Counted from the stretch's first letter, positions 1 to 14,372 are shown. The stretch is 64,000 bases of DNA from Octopus sinensis (GCF_006345805.1 NC_043004.1:43896001-43960000); one strand, 5' to 3'. The notes: generated from the sequence alone by a model not told the origin. Numbers and translations: made by a program.

Positions 1-239
1 CCTTTGTGAATGCCTCGTAGGCGGGTAGTAGTGAATCTGAAGGAAAAGTTTGTGCACAGCGAATCGATGGTTTAAGCCAATTCGTAGACGGAATCCTCTT
101 CCCATTTTATTTCTTGTTTGTCTAAGAACTCATTTTCTTGCCGTTGGTTCACTAACGATATTTGTTTCTATATTTGAGTGTGATTGTACGTGTTTAAGTG
201 TATATGCGAGTGCTTATGTGTGTGGGTGTGTTGTGTGCA

Positions 240-279
240 TAACAATAACAACAACAACAAGAACAACAACAGCAACAAC

Positions 280-322
<43 letters not shown>

Positions 323-335
323 TAATATAATAATA

Positions 336-370
<35 letters not shown>

Positions 371-385
371 AATAATAATAATAAA
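240..385. repeat. Compound trinucleotide microsatellite (ACA)n(ATA)n(GAT)n
   Basis: Directly visible tandem triplets. Confidence 0.95.
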
Positions 386-556
386 AATACTTTCAACTAC
401 GGATACAAGGCCTGAAATTTGGAGTCGAGGACTGGTCGATTAATAAAATATAAGAAGCCCAGTATACCCATCATGACTACCCGTCATGATGGGTATACTG
501 GGTTTCTTATATTTTACCCCGGTGTCACTTTGATGGCATGCACTGCTCTCTCACTC

Positions 557-594
<38 letters not shown>

Positions 595-611
595 TAACAA
601 ATGTAATAATA

Positions 612-807
612 ACAATCCTTCCAACTACAGGTACACGGCCAAAAAGTTGCGGTCGAGGACTAGTCGATTACATAGACCCCAGTGTTACACTGCAACTTAA
701 TTTCTCGATCCCCGAAAGAATGAAAGGCAAGTTCTGCAGGATTTGAAGTCACAACGTAGAGGCAAACAAAATACCGCTTAGTAATTCGCTCGTTGAGCTA
801 ACGATTC

Positions 808-810
<3 letters not shown>
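612..810 (-). mobile_element. Diverged SINE family A copy, flanked by (AAT)n tracts
   Basis: Shares gtcgattacat-gaccccagtg and ccgaaag-atgaaaggcaa motifs with the intact copy at 5014-5236. Confidence 0.7.
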
Positions 811-850
<40 letters not shown>

Positions 851-1049
851 TAATAATAATAACGATTTTTTTTGCTGTTCTGCTATGTTTTATTAAGGCA
901 AATAATATCGGTGTGAAACAGAATGTAGGCGACTAAAAATTGTAACAGAAAAATAAAATTCGTTTTGCAGTTAAAATTTAAGGTTATTGAAAATATTTAA
1001 AAAAAAAATTTTCAGTGCATACGAGACTCAAATGATCAAATATAGCGAA

Positions 1050-1390
1050 GGCGATGATTATGAGGACGACGACGATAACGATGATGACGATGATTACAAC
1101 GACAACGACGACGACGATGATGATGATGATGATGATGAAAGATGATGATGATGATGATGATGGTGCTGCTGCTGCTGATGGTGACTGTGATGGTAAGGGA
1201 AGTGATAGTATTAATATTATTTTGCGTTGACGGTGACGGTCTTGCGGAGGTTTTGATCGTAGTCTTGGTGATGGAGGCGGTCGTGGAGTAGACGGAGTAA
1301 TATGGTGATGGTAGAGTGAAAGTGATGATATTTTATTGTTGTTCTTGTTGCTGCTGCTGCTGCTGCTGTTGTTGTTGTTGTTGTTGTTTT
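1050..1390. repeat. Compound (GAC/GAT/GCT/GTT)n microsatellite
   Basis: Directly visible. Confidence 0.9.
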
Positions 1391-1804
1391 TAATGCATCT
1401 AGCGATAATCATGTAAAAGTCCGTTGACGGTGATGTTTCAGATATGGTAATTGTGAATGTAGTGACGACACATCACGATGACGGCAATGGTGATTAGGAA
1501 ACTAAGAACTGTAATAGTGTTTGTGATATTTAGGAAATGGTTATTAAAGGATGCTGATGCTCTCCTTAATGACCATGATCAGGAAAAAAAAATGACGAGT
1601 GGATATAACTTTTAGAGAAAGAAAAAAAACAAATGTAGGATTCTGACGATGCTGGTTGTAATGGCTAACAGATATAATGTTTTAAGATATTTCTGTTCAG
1701 GACATAATTGGCGGTCTCTAAATAAAAGAGTATCATGGCGAAAAGAAAAAAAAAAAACTTTAAAAAATATGATATAAAATCATTACCAACAACGAAACAT
1801 TTAT

Positions 1805-1964
1805 AGTGATGATGATGATGATGATAATGATGATGATGATGATGGTGATGGTGATGATGGTGGTGGTGATGGTGATAGTGATGATGGTGATGGGGATGGT
1901 GATGATGATGATGATGATTGTGATGATGATGATGATGATGATGGTGATGATGATTATGATGGTG

Positions 1965-2027
<63 letters not shown>

Positions 2028-2225
2028 GTGATGGTGATGGTGACGGTGGTGGAAGTGGTGATTATAGCGGGGTCGACGGTGACTACGACATGGATGAATG
2101 TGTTGGCGGCGCTAATGAAGATGTTGATGAGGATGATGACGGCCAACGCGATGGTGTCGATGAGGAAGAGGCTAATAGTGATTCTGTTGACGACTATGAC
2201 GATGGTAATGATGTTGATAAGAGAG
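1805..2225. repeat. Long (GAT/GGT)n microsatellite, degenerating at its 3' end
   Basis: Directly visible; explains the poly-M and poly-I ORFs. Confidence 0.95.
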
Positions 2226-3069
2226 AGGAGGACGCATCATTATTTTGATGCAACTATTAATGGTAAAAATGATAACAGTGCTCTTTTGTCGCGTTAGTAG
2301 AATCTTGATATCACTTCGAACACTAGACAAAGAGATGTTCATGATTTTGATTTCATTTACTCCACCTTAACATAACGATAATTTTCCGTATTATTATGAC
2401 TATTGTGGGATTTCGTTGCGTAATATGGTTATAATGTACAAGTTCCTTCTGTAAGTTAACTGTCAGATGGAAAGTAATTTTCTAGGAATATGTGATTTTC
2501 GAAAGAGAGTAAACTTTTGGACTTTAGCCTTCTATGTCATTAACTTCAACTGTTCTAAGAGGTTTGATAGTCTTTCTCTATGAGTTAAGGATGAACACAA
2601 TTATCCGATGATAATTATTATTAGCTTCACTTTTACAATAATTTATCCCGCCATTTTTCATACCTTCAGGATTTTTCTACTTCCTCATCTGCAATGTTTT
2701 TGAATGAAATAATTACGACCCCAGTGAAGGCATTCAGTTTTTAATTACATGTGTACTGATGCTTGGTCTGCGATATATATTTATTCTATCAATCTAGATT
2801 ACAAAATCACATAATATTTTATTTACCCCGCTCATTTACATTCCTGCTTAATACGTGTTTTATTTTATGCAAAGTAACCGATGTAAATTATGTGAAACAT
2901 TATTTTGAAAATTCTTACATTCTTTCTGTACAAAATTTTTGTAGCTTGCTAAAATATGTACAATATTTTCCATTTGGCTGATTACAGAAGCAATACTAAT
3001 TTTTGATGTAGGGAAATAAATATCTTTTCCACTAAAATAATTTTAGAGCTTGATCTTCGGCAGCCAGTG

Positions 3070-3760
3070 ACAAATATTCAATTATTGTCTTTCGGTTTCC
3101 ACTGTAAGGCAACTCCGAAAATGTGTCACCGTGTTCACTGCCTTACTCTGTCTGGAATTTTCCTCGTAACTGGCATTTTTGTTGCACTTCTTTTCACAAA
3201 TTATTCTTATTTGTATCATTTCCTTTTTCCAAGCTCTACAGAAATACATCCAAGATCTCTGACCATCTATTCTCCTCTTATTACAAGAAAGTGGCTTATT
3301 CGACTTTGTACTATATCGCTCAATTAAGAAACCCGGATAAGACATCTCGGTCCAATCTTCCGTTTCCTCTGTATCTAGGAGATATTTACATTTGGAAGAA
3401 GTGTTCCATATCTAGTTAGGCTTTTCTCCTTCATCTGTCTATTGTCTCTATTTCAATTGCTGTCCAGTCCCATATACCTGCACTATAGCGCATGGCATCA
3501 AGTGTCCATGCGTTGCTCGTATTCCTCAGATTCTATGAATTAAATTTAGACTTCAATACAAATATTAATCTCTTTGAAATCATTGTTTTCATTGTTCCTG
3601 TATTTCTGTATGCATAACATCGAGTTCCTCTATTGCTTGATATTGTGTCCATTGTCGTCGGATCTTAAATCTATTCTCCCATTAAGTTTACTCCCTCGAA
3701 ATATGCTTCCTTCTCTGGCTGTTTGTCTATCTTTGTTTCTGTCTCTTTTCCTGTCAGTCT
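3070..3760 (-). pseudogene. Degenerate non-LTR retrotransposon RT C-terminal fragment, R4/Dong-like
   Basis: Manual minus-strand translation gives ...LKSKFNS*NLRNTSNAWTLDAMRYSAGIWDWTAIEIETIDR*RRK..., matching the R4/Dong-type motif ILKSKLN..N...AIN.WA.PV.RYS.G...WT..EL..LDR.TRK; many stops and frameshifts. Confidence 0.65.
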
Positions 3761-3795
3761 GTTTCCCCCTCTCTCCTTCCCTCCCTCCTCTCTCA

Positions 3796-3826
<31 letters not shown>

Positions 3827-4194
3827 CTGCATGCTCAAAGTTGCACGTTTCAATACACGAAGCTTCATTTGATAATCAATGCAACCAAAATTTATTGGAT
3901 TAAGCGGTAAATGTATCTCCATTTCAGATTTTGAAAATATCTTTAAAAACTTCAAATTATTTCTAGCTTTTAGCCGATGTGGACATTTCTAAGTTACAAT
4001 GAGATTAGCATGTGTGTGATGACAAAAGACAAGGGAACGAAACAATAACCCTTTAATACACACACAGACACCCCCACCCCCACACATATATATATATTTG
4101 TACGTATTAAAGCCCAGACACCCCAGGTTCATTATAAAGTTCTTTTACCATTGTGTCATACCAACACTGAGTAGTTTACAGGACAACATGTTTA

Positions 4195-4560
4195 GCATTT
4201 CATCCGACTCTTTCCGTTCTCAGTTCAAATAATACAGAGATCGACATTGCCTATGAACATTTCAGGGTGTATAAAACAAGTACCAGTCACACATTGAGGC
4301 CGGTGTAATCGACTAACCCTTCACCCAAATTTCAAACTTTGTCGCTTTTGTTGCTGTTATTATCGTTATAAAATCGTTCAGTTAACGGGATCGTTAACGC
4401 ATGAGAAAAAAAAAGGGCCTTAAGACGCCTGCTCCTGCACTTTAAATTCAGAGCTGAAATCCTGCCGAGTTCAATTTTGTCTTTGCCTTCCCGACGTCCG
4501 TGAAGTAGTAATCAAATGTTCTGATGTCAATGGCATCGACTTGACGCCTCACTTCAAAAT
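4195..4560 (+). mobile_element. Two old, diverged SINE family A fragments
   Basis: ttctcagttcaaat / gagttcaattttgtctttgcc and gtaatcgactaa motifs. Confidence 0.5.
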
Positions 4561-5013
4561 TGCAAACATTGTATCTATATCAGAACAGAGGACCATCATT
4601 TACAGCCGGATCATCATCATCATCATCATCATCTTGATCATCATCATTGTAATCGTCATCATTATCGTTATCACAAAACATATACATTGACATTATTGAT
4701 GTAATACTTGAAACGCCTTTTAATCACCAGCCTCAGAACATGGTAGCCAAATAGTACGATCTTTCTTTTGCCCTAAAATCAATCATATGATTTTGGGCTC
4801 CTCAAACAAAATCGAAAATTAATTACTTCAACATTTCTAATATATAGGAAGCTGCATAAATATTACCAACATAAGCGAAATTAGACGAAATTAGTCTCCA
4901 AATAAATGAGATAAATATTGAGTTTCTTAAGAGTATTACAGTAAGTGTTGTACAGGAGCTAGCAAGTAATATGATGTACGACATTAAACGATTACAAACA
5001 GAGTTTAAATATT

Positions 5014-5236
5014 TGTTTCTTTACTACCCACAAGGGGCTAAACACAGAGGGGACAGACAAACGGATTAAGTCGATTACCTCGACCCCAGTGCGTAACTGG
5101 TACTTAAGTTAGCGACCCCGAAAGGATGAAAGGCAAAGTCGACCTCGGCGGAATTTGAACTCAGAACGTAACGGCAGACGAAATACGGCTACGCATTTCG
5201 TCCGACGTGCTAACGCTTCTGCCAGCTCGCCGCCTT
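5014..5236 (-). mobile_element. tRNA-derived SINE family A, full length
   Basis: Box A-like tggcagaa and box B gagttcaaattcc; 17-bp TSD aaca(g/t)agtttaaatatt at 4997-5013 and 5237-5253; near-identical copies elsewhere in the window. Confidence 0.9.
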
Positions 5237-5363
5237 AACATAGTTTAAATATTATATGACTTTATAATGCTATTGCTTTTCAAGATTTCCTCTCAGGAAT
5301 GGGTTTCGAACGTTTTACTTATTTACACCAGTCACTTTTCTGATCCATAGAAGTAAGATTTAC

Positions 5364-5404
<41 letters not shown>

Positions 5405-8400
5405 TGTGCATGTGTGCTTTTGTGTGTGTGCGTGTATGTATGCAGAACTTTGAAAGAGTGCATATCGCTTGTAATTTCTCTAACACGACCATAATATATG
5501 AACCATATATGTGGCCATTTCATCCGATTAAATTAGACATGCTGTTGAAAACGTGCATTAACTGTTCAGTAAACTTCTTTCTAATGTACATAACGCCTTT
5601 ATTTCTCTTTCAATTATTGCCAGAATAATTTGTGGTCTCGCATTTCGGCATTCCAATTCAATAATATTTATAGTCAAGAGATAAATTTATCTCCTATATT
5701 AACAAGTCTACTTATATTATAACTTCGGACTAAATGATTCCAACAAAAACAATACTTATCAAAATGATGAAATATTGAAAAAAATATATCTTAGTGATGT
5801 CAAGAATTTGTGCAAATATTAGAACAAACAATTTGAAGTTAATGTATGCCTACTGGAAATACAAGATGCTTCTAAAACAAGTACGAGTTGAGTACTGGGA
5901 TCGATGCACTCGACTTTAACCCTTCCATGAAATGGGTAGTCTTGTGGCAATATTTGAAATAGATTGTTGAATGGTTAGCATGCTGGACGAAAGGATTATC
6001 GGCATTTCTTCCGGCTTTGAGAATTCTGAGTTCCATTGCCACTGAGATCGTATGTGATTGAGGTGTAACTTCGTTGTAGGTCAGTGCTGAAGAGAATATA
6101 TTTCAACTAAGACCTCAAATATATATATCTGCATTTCATTTGTTATAATGTGTAATGCATAACAGGTTTCAATAATGCTGTTAGTTTCTTCTCATTCTGT
6201 GTCATTGTTCTCAAATCAATGCGATGCAGTTTGTCTACCGCTTATCGTTCGTTATTGTAGGATTGATGAGATATATGGGATAAGCCGATAGTTTCTAAAG
6301 AGAGCAAGCAATTGATCTGAGCGCTTCAAGGTGACCGATTCAATGCTAAATCAATCTTGTCCTATTACGTAGAGCAACATGCTATCATGTGTGCTTTTGA
6401 CAAGTTAACCCTACAACAGCTTTTAATAAGTAGATGCTTATGCTAAGCATAACTCGGAGTGCCGGATCCAGAATACGAGCGAGTTATCCCTTACGATTGC
6501 GTTTCGCTACTCTAACAAACTTGCTAACATCATATGACATTTATTTCATGCTTAATCAATGATTTCGATTGCGTAAAATATTTCAGTATCATTAGCGCAT
6601 TAAGTATAGCATAAACATAAAATTATTACTGCTACATGCGGTAATGTTTACTAATTTTCGGCCGTAAACATCTCCCTACGATACGAAGCAATCAATTACA
6701 TTACAATACCTGCTCTCGCTCCTTTGAATCTGACATAAAGCCTCAGCAGAAGGGATAATATAATTATAAACTATACAAAGTCTTTTTTTTCCTTTCACAC
6801 AAATTGATTTAAGAACCACCACATATACAAACAGAAACAAATATTTTGTCCACATTCCCTTTCAACATAGAAGGCAGCATATCATTCCACGTTAATGAAA
6901 CTGAAATTTAATTTTTTTTACGAGATGTAATTATAACGATTTTTTTTTATTACAAAGTGAAATAACTGACAGAAGATTATGGCTTCATATACTTTTGAAA
7001 TATGATCTGTATCATATCTGATTTCTCATCGTTCGTTTATTTTTATCAACATATTCTTCATTTCATTGAATTATTGGACACAAATGTTCATATTGATGTT
7101 TAAGGTGGAGCAAATAAAATACTGGTTACTCTGCCTTTGACCGCTCTAATACCATACAATGTTCTGGCGCGGAACTCAACAATAATACTCAGATATTGAT
7201 CCGACTATATAGACTATAATCTCCATTATTAATCCAATGGGATACTCTGTGATCTTCGTTATTGATTTGACACGACTTCACTGTTTGATTATATTTGCTA
7301 TTGATCGGGACAGGACACCTCTCTAATATTTGAAGTTAGATCTAATGGGATACTGTGATCTTTACTATTGATGCAATTATTCTACCCTTCGATCTCTTTA
7401 TCGATCTAAAAGAACACTCTATGATCAGTGTTATTGATCTTGGTTAAACCTGTGTTGTCTGTTCTTCCGAGAAAAAAAATAAAACCAGATATTTAGGCAA
7501 TTAAAAACGTTTATCGTTTTCTAATTAAGCTTGGCAAAGGAAACCGATTATTATTAGTAGGGGATTGATTGTGTGGGACACAATCACATGAAGGAAAAAT
7601 GCGAAAGAGAATTTCAAACGCTTAGAGCTATGCCGACTTAAGGAATATGCATAATTATTTGAAATATGTCTGCGTTTGTGTGTGTTCCTGAATATGCAGT
7701 CACACACACACACACTCGCAAATTATGCATGCACATCTGCATATATGTAAGTTTGCATATCTATTTTTCGAGTGGTTTTTGAGGGTTATTTTGAAGAATT
7801 GTATCGCTTACATTGAATCGATTACAAAGGCGTAACTATTTAAATTTAATACAGCAGAAATTTTACTTTATTGTTACTTTGAAATTTTCGACCTCAGGTT
7901 TGTCCGTTTTATGAATTACGATGAAACGGAGAAGTAAAAAGAGGAAAATGTAATGAAATGAGACACAAAAATTTCAGCGAGGGTAAGAGGAAGCATTTCG
8001 AATTAAAATGAAATATCAATATTTTCCGCTAATCTGACCATGCATCGTTCGACTCTCTAGACTGCTGATTCGTCCTAGGATCAAGAAGCTACTCCAGGTG
8101 AATTTTAGTGGGAAGTTGAGTGGGAGGGATTTGGCACAAAATATACTGTTCTCAAAGGATCACTGTCAAATGCGAGTCTTCAAATAATTATTATCCGATT
8201 TAAGCATAAAGCCATTGACATCAATACTTGACCGGTACATAAATTTATTGATCCCGAAAAGAACGAAAGGCGAAATTTAACCAAGGTAGGATTCGAAGTG
8301 TCGGAAGAAATACCACGACATATTTCCCGATGCTCTAACAATTCTGCAAACACGTCACTTTAATTTTCTAATCATTATTTGCGAATTATATTTAATTAAC

Positions 8401-8973
8401 AACACACTGCAATACTCATACATAGAACGTTACCTGATATTTCGACTAGATGTACCAAGATATTAAATTAAAAATTCAGTTAATTCTATATCAATATTTC
8501 GATTAAAATGAAAGAAGGAATTCAAATTTCTAAACCTGCTTCGTGACGTTTGCGGACGGTTGTCTCCCCTCTTTTAAAGTCCTGTAGTTATATTCGTTTA
8601 TCTTAGAATATCTTAACTGGATATGACTCAGATAATATAAAAACAATAACTTAGAATATTAAGCGAAATTGTCGTAACCATCCTACCCTGCCTGAATCTG
8701 TTGCTTCCTTTGTTATATTGCAGCACAATAATTCGGCAAATTTTAAAGTACCATCAATCAAATATTAATTCTTTCTATATAATGAGGAATTCTGAGATCC
8801 GGATTTTAGCACAAGTTTCGTAGTTGGAAGTTCAGTAATCAGTACTCGAAATATTTCGATATGATATCTGTTGTCTTATTACAGTTTACTATGACATTCT
8901 GTGTGTAATCACATTATATTTTTCATATTCTTTGACACTCTATTGCTTCAATTCAGTAGTACAATGAAATGTT

Positions 8974-9386
8974 GGATCTTTTCGGTTTGAACGGCAGTTT
9001 TTAACATAATTTCTAGGTAACTAAAAATTTTTAAACTTCATATACTGGTAGAATGTGTTTATAAAACATCTTTTTCTCTTGGGTTTATTGAGAAAATTCT
9101 ATTGTTTGTGAGATATTTGTTGTTTTTTCTTCAATTTCTGCAATTTCAACCAATCAATGACGTCCATTGAGGTAAAAAGCATTCTGTGCCGTATAAATAT
9201 GTCCCTCGTTTAAGAAACAGATTGGGTTTATTTACATTTGGGAAGAAAATAGATACCCTTCCCCCACCCCTAACTCTAACCCTAAAACAGATTGAAATCC
9301 AATAGATCGATACTAGGGTCATTATTATGGGTGACCATTTCATATGATACTTCTAGAAAAAACTGCCGTTCAAACCGAAAAGATCC
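8974..9386. mobile_element. MITE with 29-bp perfect TIRs (GGATCTTTTCGGTTTGAACGGCAGTTTTT) and 8-bp TSD; Merlin- or hAT-like
   Basis: TIRs at both ends; TSD gaaatgtt/gagatgtt; second copy at 11338-11764. Confidence 0.88.
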
Positions 9387-10149
9387 GAGATGTTTATTAT
9401 CAGGTGTCTTTCGTTTGGTCAAGAATACTTGACTGTTTTGTTACTATCTTAATATACTAATTACCTGGAAGATAATACATACCGTTAGCAGAGAATTTGC
9501 ATTTTGTATATTTACTTATTTCAAGTTAGCGATCTCTAACCTACTGTCTTCAAGTATCTAGAATAGAATACTTTTTGTAGAATGTATCATATAATTCAAT
9601 CATTCATTTACTTTTGTTTCAAATATAAAATACAAATTTCTAGTTTTACTAATTTCTAATTTTATTAGTTTCGTCACGTGTAATTGACCGACTTTGCTTT
9701 ATCAGTGCTATTTATTCTTTTTGTATTTATCCTTCCTTCATTAATGTTGCATTTGTCAAATTTTCTTGTAAGTCAAGAATATTCTGATTATATCTTTATG
9801 CGGAGTATTTTTACTTGCGATTTCCTTGCCATGCACTACTTAAATAAGTTTTCCATTTATATAAAAGAATATTTTAAAATACATTTGTTTATGAAAATAT
9901 GTCTTACATTTGATAGATGTGCATCCATTTTTAATTCTTATTATTTATCTTCACTTTAATCTGCTGATTGTATTTCACCTTCAGCACAAACCCTGTCAAA
10001 AGAAACAATCTAAATTTTATAGGCTGTTTCACAAGTGTCTACCGAATCAATCCAGTTAAAATTGAATTTCGATTTGCATACAAATTATTATTTCTGAAAT
10101 GCCTGTAAATATTTAAAATTCATATATAGTATTAATAAAATAGGAGATG

Positions 10150-10460
10150 GAATGTGTATTAGACTTTTATTAAGTGGTTTGATAAAAGGTTATATTTCTA
10201 GCTTGTCATTATGCTATTCTTTCTAAGATTACATCAAATCTTACTACTTTCATTTACTTTTCACTTACGTATGGAAGCATTCCAAATTTTCTCCCAACAT
10301 TTCGAATTATTATGACAAGACACGTACAAACTATTTGCACATTTTTAAACCTCAGTGTCTTTTGTACAGAGATTACAAAATTTAAGCGGTATATTGGCAG
10401 TATAGAAAAATGTATTTGTCTCAACATTATGAGTTCAACTGCTGTGAAAGTCAATTCATC
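10150..10460 (-). pseudogene. Possible highly decayed L1/Tx1-type C-terminal cysteine-rich (CCHC) region
   Basis: Frameshifted translation ETNTFFYTANIPLKFCNLCTKDTEV / SLYVSCHNNSKCWEKIW resembles TN.FL...NI....C.LC...E...HL...C...W..I. Confidence 0.3.
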
Positions 10461-11337
10461 CTTCAGGGTCTGCTAAATTAAAGTTTCAATCAAGAAGTAT
10501 GGTTTATTTAATCAACTCTCAATAAGCGCGAACATGCACTTGGATATCATCCATCATTTAATACTACAAAAATCGCCGCTCAACCGTTCAGAATATATGA
10601 CCGTCATGTAAATAGTGTCTATCTATAACACTCCACATTACTGAAATCACAGTACCCACAAACAAACATGTAATCATCAATTTCTCTCTCCCTTTCTAAG
10701 TAAACATTAACAATATTACTTTAAACAAAATTTGTAAAATAAACATACCTGAGTCTGCAACTTACATTAACTGCTAAAATATATCTGCTTTTTCTCCTAG
10801 CAACATTGAATAATCTCTATAATTAAAGGCGTTTGAATGGTTTACGTTCTAATACTACCCTTTGATATATTACTTTCTCTAGTAATATATCATAAATCTT
10901 TCTCTAGAAAAATGTGAATGCATTGTAATATTCTCATGAAATACGCTGGTTAACAGATCTACTGAGTATGTCTCATCAAGACCTGCTGAACTGCTCTCAA
11001 ACATTAACGCAGATCATTCATTTTGGAGTAAATAAAAAAAATAATGTTTTACATTTCATGTTACCATCGCTGTTAAAGTGTAATTCCTTACTTCTAAATA
11101 TTTTGCAATCAAAAGCAATCTTAAATCATTCTCAAGTTCAATATTTTATACATCGGCCTTATTTAACATTCAGCCTTGTATATTTAAAAAAGTAAAACGT
11201 TTCGAAAGCTATGTAGCAAATTCATCAATGACCAACAGTATAGTAAATTACTCAATACAAATTTAATTATTCTGAAGATATTTCATACAACTTGTTCGCA
11301 ATTCTTACTGATATTTGATATGGCTGTTTCGTTCCTA

Positions 11338-11764
11338 GGATCTTTTCGGTTTGAACGGCAGTTTTTAACGTAATTTTTAGGTAACTAAAAAAATTTTAAA
11401 CTTCGTATACTAGTAGAATGTGTTTATAAAACGTCTTTTTCTCTTGGCTTTATTGAGAAAATTCTATAGTTTGTAGGTTATCTGTTGTTTTTTTCTTCAA
11501 TTTCTGCAATTTCAACCAATCACTGACGTCTATTGAGGTAAAAAAAACATTCTGTGCCGTATGAATATGTCCCTCGTTTAACAAACAGATTGGGTTTACT
11601 TACATTTGTGAAGAAAAAAAGATACCCTTCCCCCCACCCCAAACCCTAACTCTAACTAAACCTAGCCCTAAAAGAGATTGAAATGCAATAGATCGATACA
11701 TAATTATGGGTGACAGTTCCATATGACACCGCTAGAAAAACTGACGTTGAAACAAAAAAGATCC
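11338..11764. mobile_element. Second copy of the GGATC-TIR MITE
   Basis: High similarity to 8974-9386; TSD cgttccta/cgttcctt. Confidence 0.88.
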
Positions 11765-12414
11765 CGTTCCTTTCGTCCTTTGATCAACACTGTTTGATAA
11801 CTATTCTAGCGAGGTATCAGCATTTGTTTAGTCCGTAGCAAATCAAGTACCTGTGTTTTATTTAATGCTGATTAAGGAGGTGAATCGTCCTTGAGTCTTC
11901 TTATGATCTCCGAAGCAATGGATTTTTAATACACCGTATATTATTACTACGAAATACCTTACATTCATTAGACACTTCTGCGTAAAGTGATAATTATCAG
12001 AGTACTGACGAATGTTTGGCCCCTGTGTTCTCTAAGTGATAACACACACATACACACACACACACACACACACAGATATGAATATAATGTGTATATATAC
12101 CTAGTACGTAAAGTAATACCCACCTACCTACAAGCACACATATTTACATATGATTACGTGTAAAACATAATTTAATACATATCACGGAATCCACTAATTG
12201 AAAATTCATTTCGCTTAATTACTCTCTATTTCACGCTTGTTTTCAAAGTATAGATCATCAGTTATTAGATTCAATATTTCACCATGGACCACCACAGGAA
12301 GATGATAATATTAGAATGCCGTAAAATTTTAGATAACCTTCTTAATCTTCTTTTCGTTCACAGTAAAATTTATGATTCGGGTATCTGCGTAATCGTAAAA
12401 TATCCCTCTCCCAC

Positions 12415-12457
12415 CCTCTCTCTCTTTATCTTTATCTTTCTTTCTTTCTTTCTTTTT

Positions 12458-12500
<43 letters not shown>

Positions 12501-12530
12501 CTCTCTCTCTCTCTCTTTATATATATATAT
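12415..12530. repeat. (CTTT)n(CT)n(AT)n microsatellite
   Basis: Directly visible. Confidence 0.9.
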
Positions 12531-12557
12531 GCATTTTAGTCACACACTGTCAATAAA

Positions 12558-12952
12558 TCTTTTATTTGTTTCAGTCATATGACTGCGGCCATGATGGGGC
12601 ACTACATTGAAGAGTTTAGTCGAAAGAATGTAGCCTAGAACGTGTTTTTGTAAGCCTGGTACTTATTGCCTCGGTCTTTTATGGTGAACCACTTCGTTAC
12701 GGGTTCGAAAACACACCAACACCGGTTGTCAAGTAGTGGTGGAAATAAGCACAAGCACAAAGACACACACTCACACACATATGTGTGTGAGTGTATGACG
12801 GGCTTCTTTCAGTTTCCTTCAAACAAATCCACTCACAATGCTTTGGTTGGTACGAGACTTTAATAGAAGACCCATGCCCAATGTGTTACGAAGTGAGTCT
12901 GAACCTGGGAGCATGTGGTAGAGAAGTAAATTTTTACAACCCAGCCATGCCG
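12558..12952 (-). mobile_element. tRNA-derived SINE family B with internal (CA/TA) microsatellite
   Basis: Shares tttcagtca-tgactgcggccatg, gggcttctttcagtttcc and aaatccactcacaa motifs with 36701-37089 and 37514-37905. Confidence 0.85.
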
Positions 12953-13087
12953 AAATGTTCCTTTAAATAAAATTATTCGTCACAGTTAAATGTCAGATAA
13001 ATTTTACCCAACTTGGTTGAGGATTTTAAAGATATATCGCACGAAGTAAAAGTGGCTATCATTGATACATTCAGAAACAATGTAATC

Positions 13088-13309
13088 AGAAGGCGGCGAG
13101 CTGGCAGAAACGTTAGCACGCCGGGCGAAATGCTTAGCGTTATTTCGTCTGCCGTTACGTTCCGAGTTCAAATTCCGCCGAGGTCGACTTTGCCTTTCAT
13201 CCTTTAGAGGTCGATAAATTAAGTACCAGTTACGCACTGGGGTCGATGTAAACGACTTAATCCATTTGTCTGTCCTTGTTTGTCCCCTCTATGTTTAGAT
13301 AAATAAATA
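13088..13309 (+). mobile_element. SINE family A, full length
   Basis: Pol III box A/B-like motifs; 15-bp TSD agaaacaatgtaatc at 13073-13087 and 13310-13324. Confidence 0.92.
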
Positions 13310-14191
13310 AGAAACAATGTAATCGAATATTCCAAACAAGACCGATATAATGCGTAATAGTCTTGAGATAGGTGCTGATTTCGATAAAAGCAGGGCTTTT
13401 CATAGAAACATGAAAGTTTATCTTAGGGATAGAAGATTTTTCTTAAGATATCTAAACTGACATTTTTTAAAGAGTTTTTTTCTTTCTTACATACATTAGT
13501 CCATTATAAATTATTTCTACTGTATGATAATATTCGCAACAGGGACACTTATATTCATATATAGTCTACAATATATCTACATACATATCCACATACAAAA
13601 AATACGAGAGGTTTTCGTCAGGGTGACTCAAACTAATAAGTTTGCGGTCTATCTAAACATATGCATATGAATGGCAGATATTTCCATAGAGATATGCATT
13701 AATAAGCACGACACACCTGTATATATACCTTCGCATATTCTCTTTTACTCTTTTTTGCATCAGTCATTTGACTGCGGCCATGCTGGGGCACTGGGGAGGT
13801 TGAAATTTAATATTGTTGTGATGAGTGGTCAGTCTACATCTATCCATCACTACAGGTTTATAGCTTTAAGTTTATAGTGTGTATGTGCGTGCATATACAC
13901 ACACATACATACATACATACATACTGACGTGCTTACGTACATACATGCATACATACATACATGCATGCATGCATACATGCGTGTATACATACATACACAC
14001 ATAAATAGTACATGTATATAACGAACTAACTGTTACTTTCTCAGATGCAGCACGGATTTTTGTCAGTGAACAGATCGCGGCCGTAAAGCGACGAAAATAT
14101 TTTCACAAATTAAACTTAAATGTTGAAGTGAATCGAACGGCTTTTGTGTGTTTCTTAAATGGCTTACAAACACCTTCCACGCTGCAATTGT

Positions 14192-14372
<181 letters not shown>

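Noticed and set aside
10271-10471. 201-bp open exon-like frame with GTAAGT donor
   Set aside because: No recognisable protein; other frames suggest a decayed L1-type cysteine-rich domain
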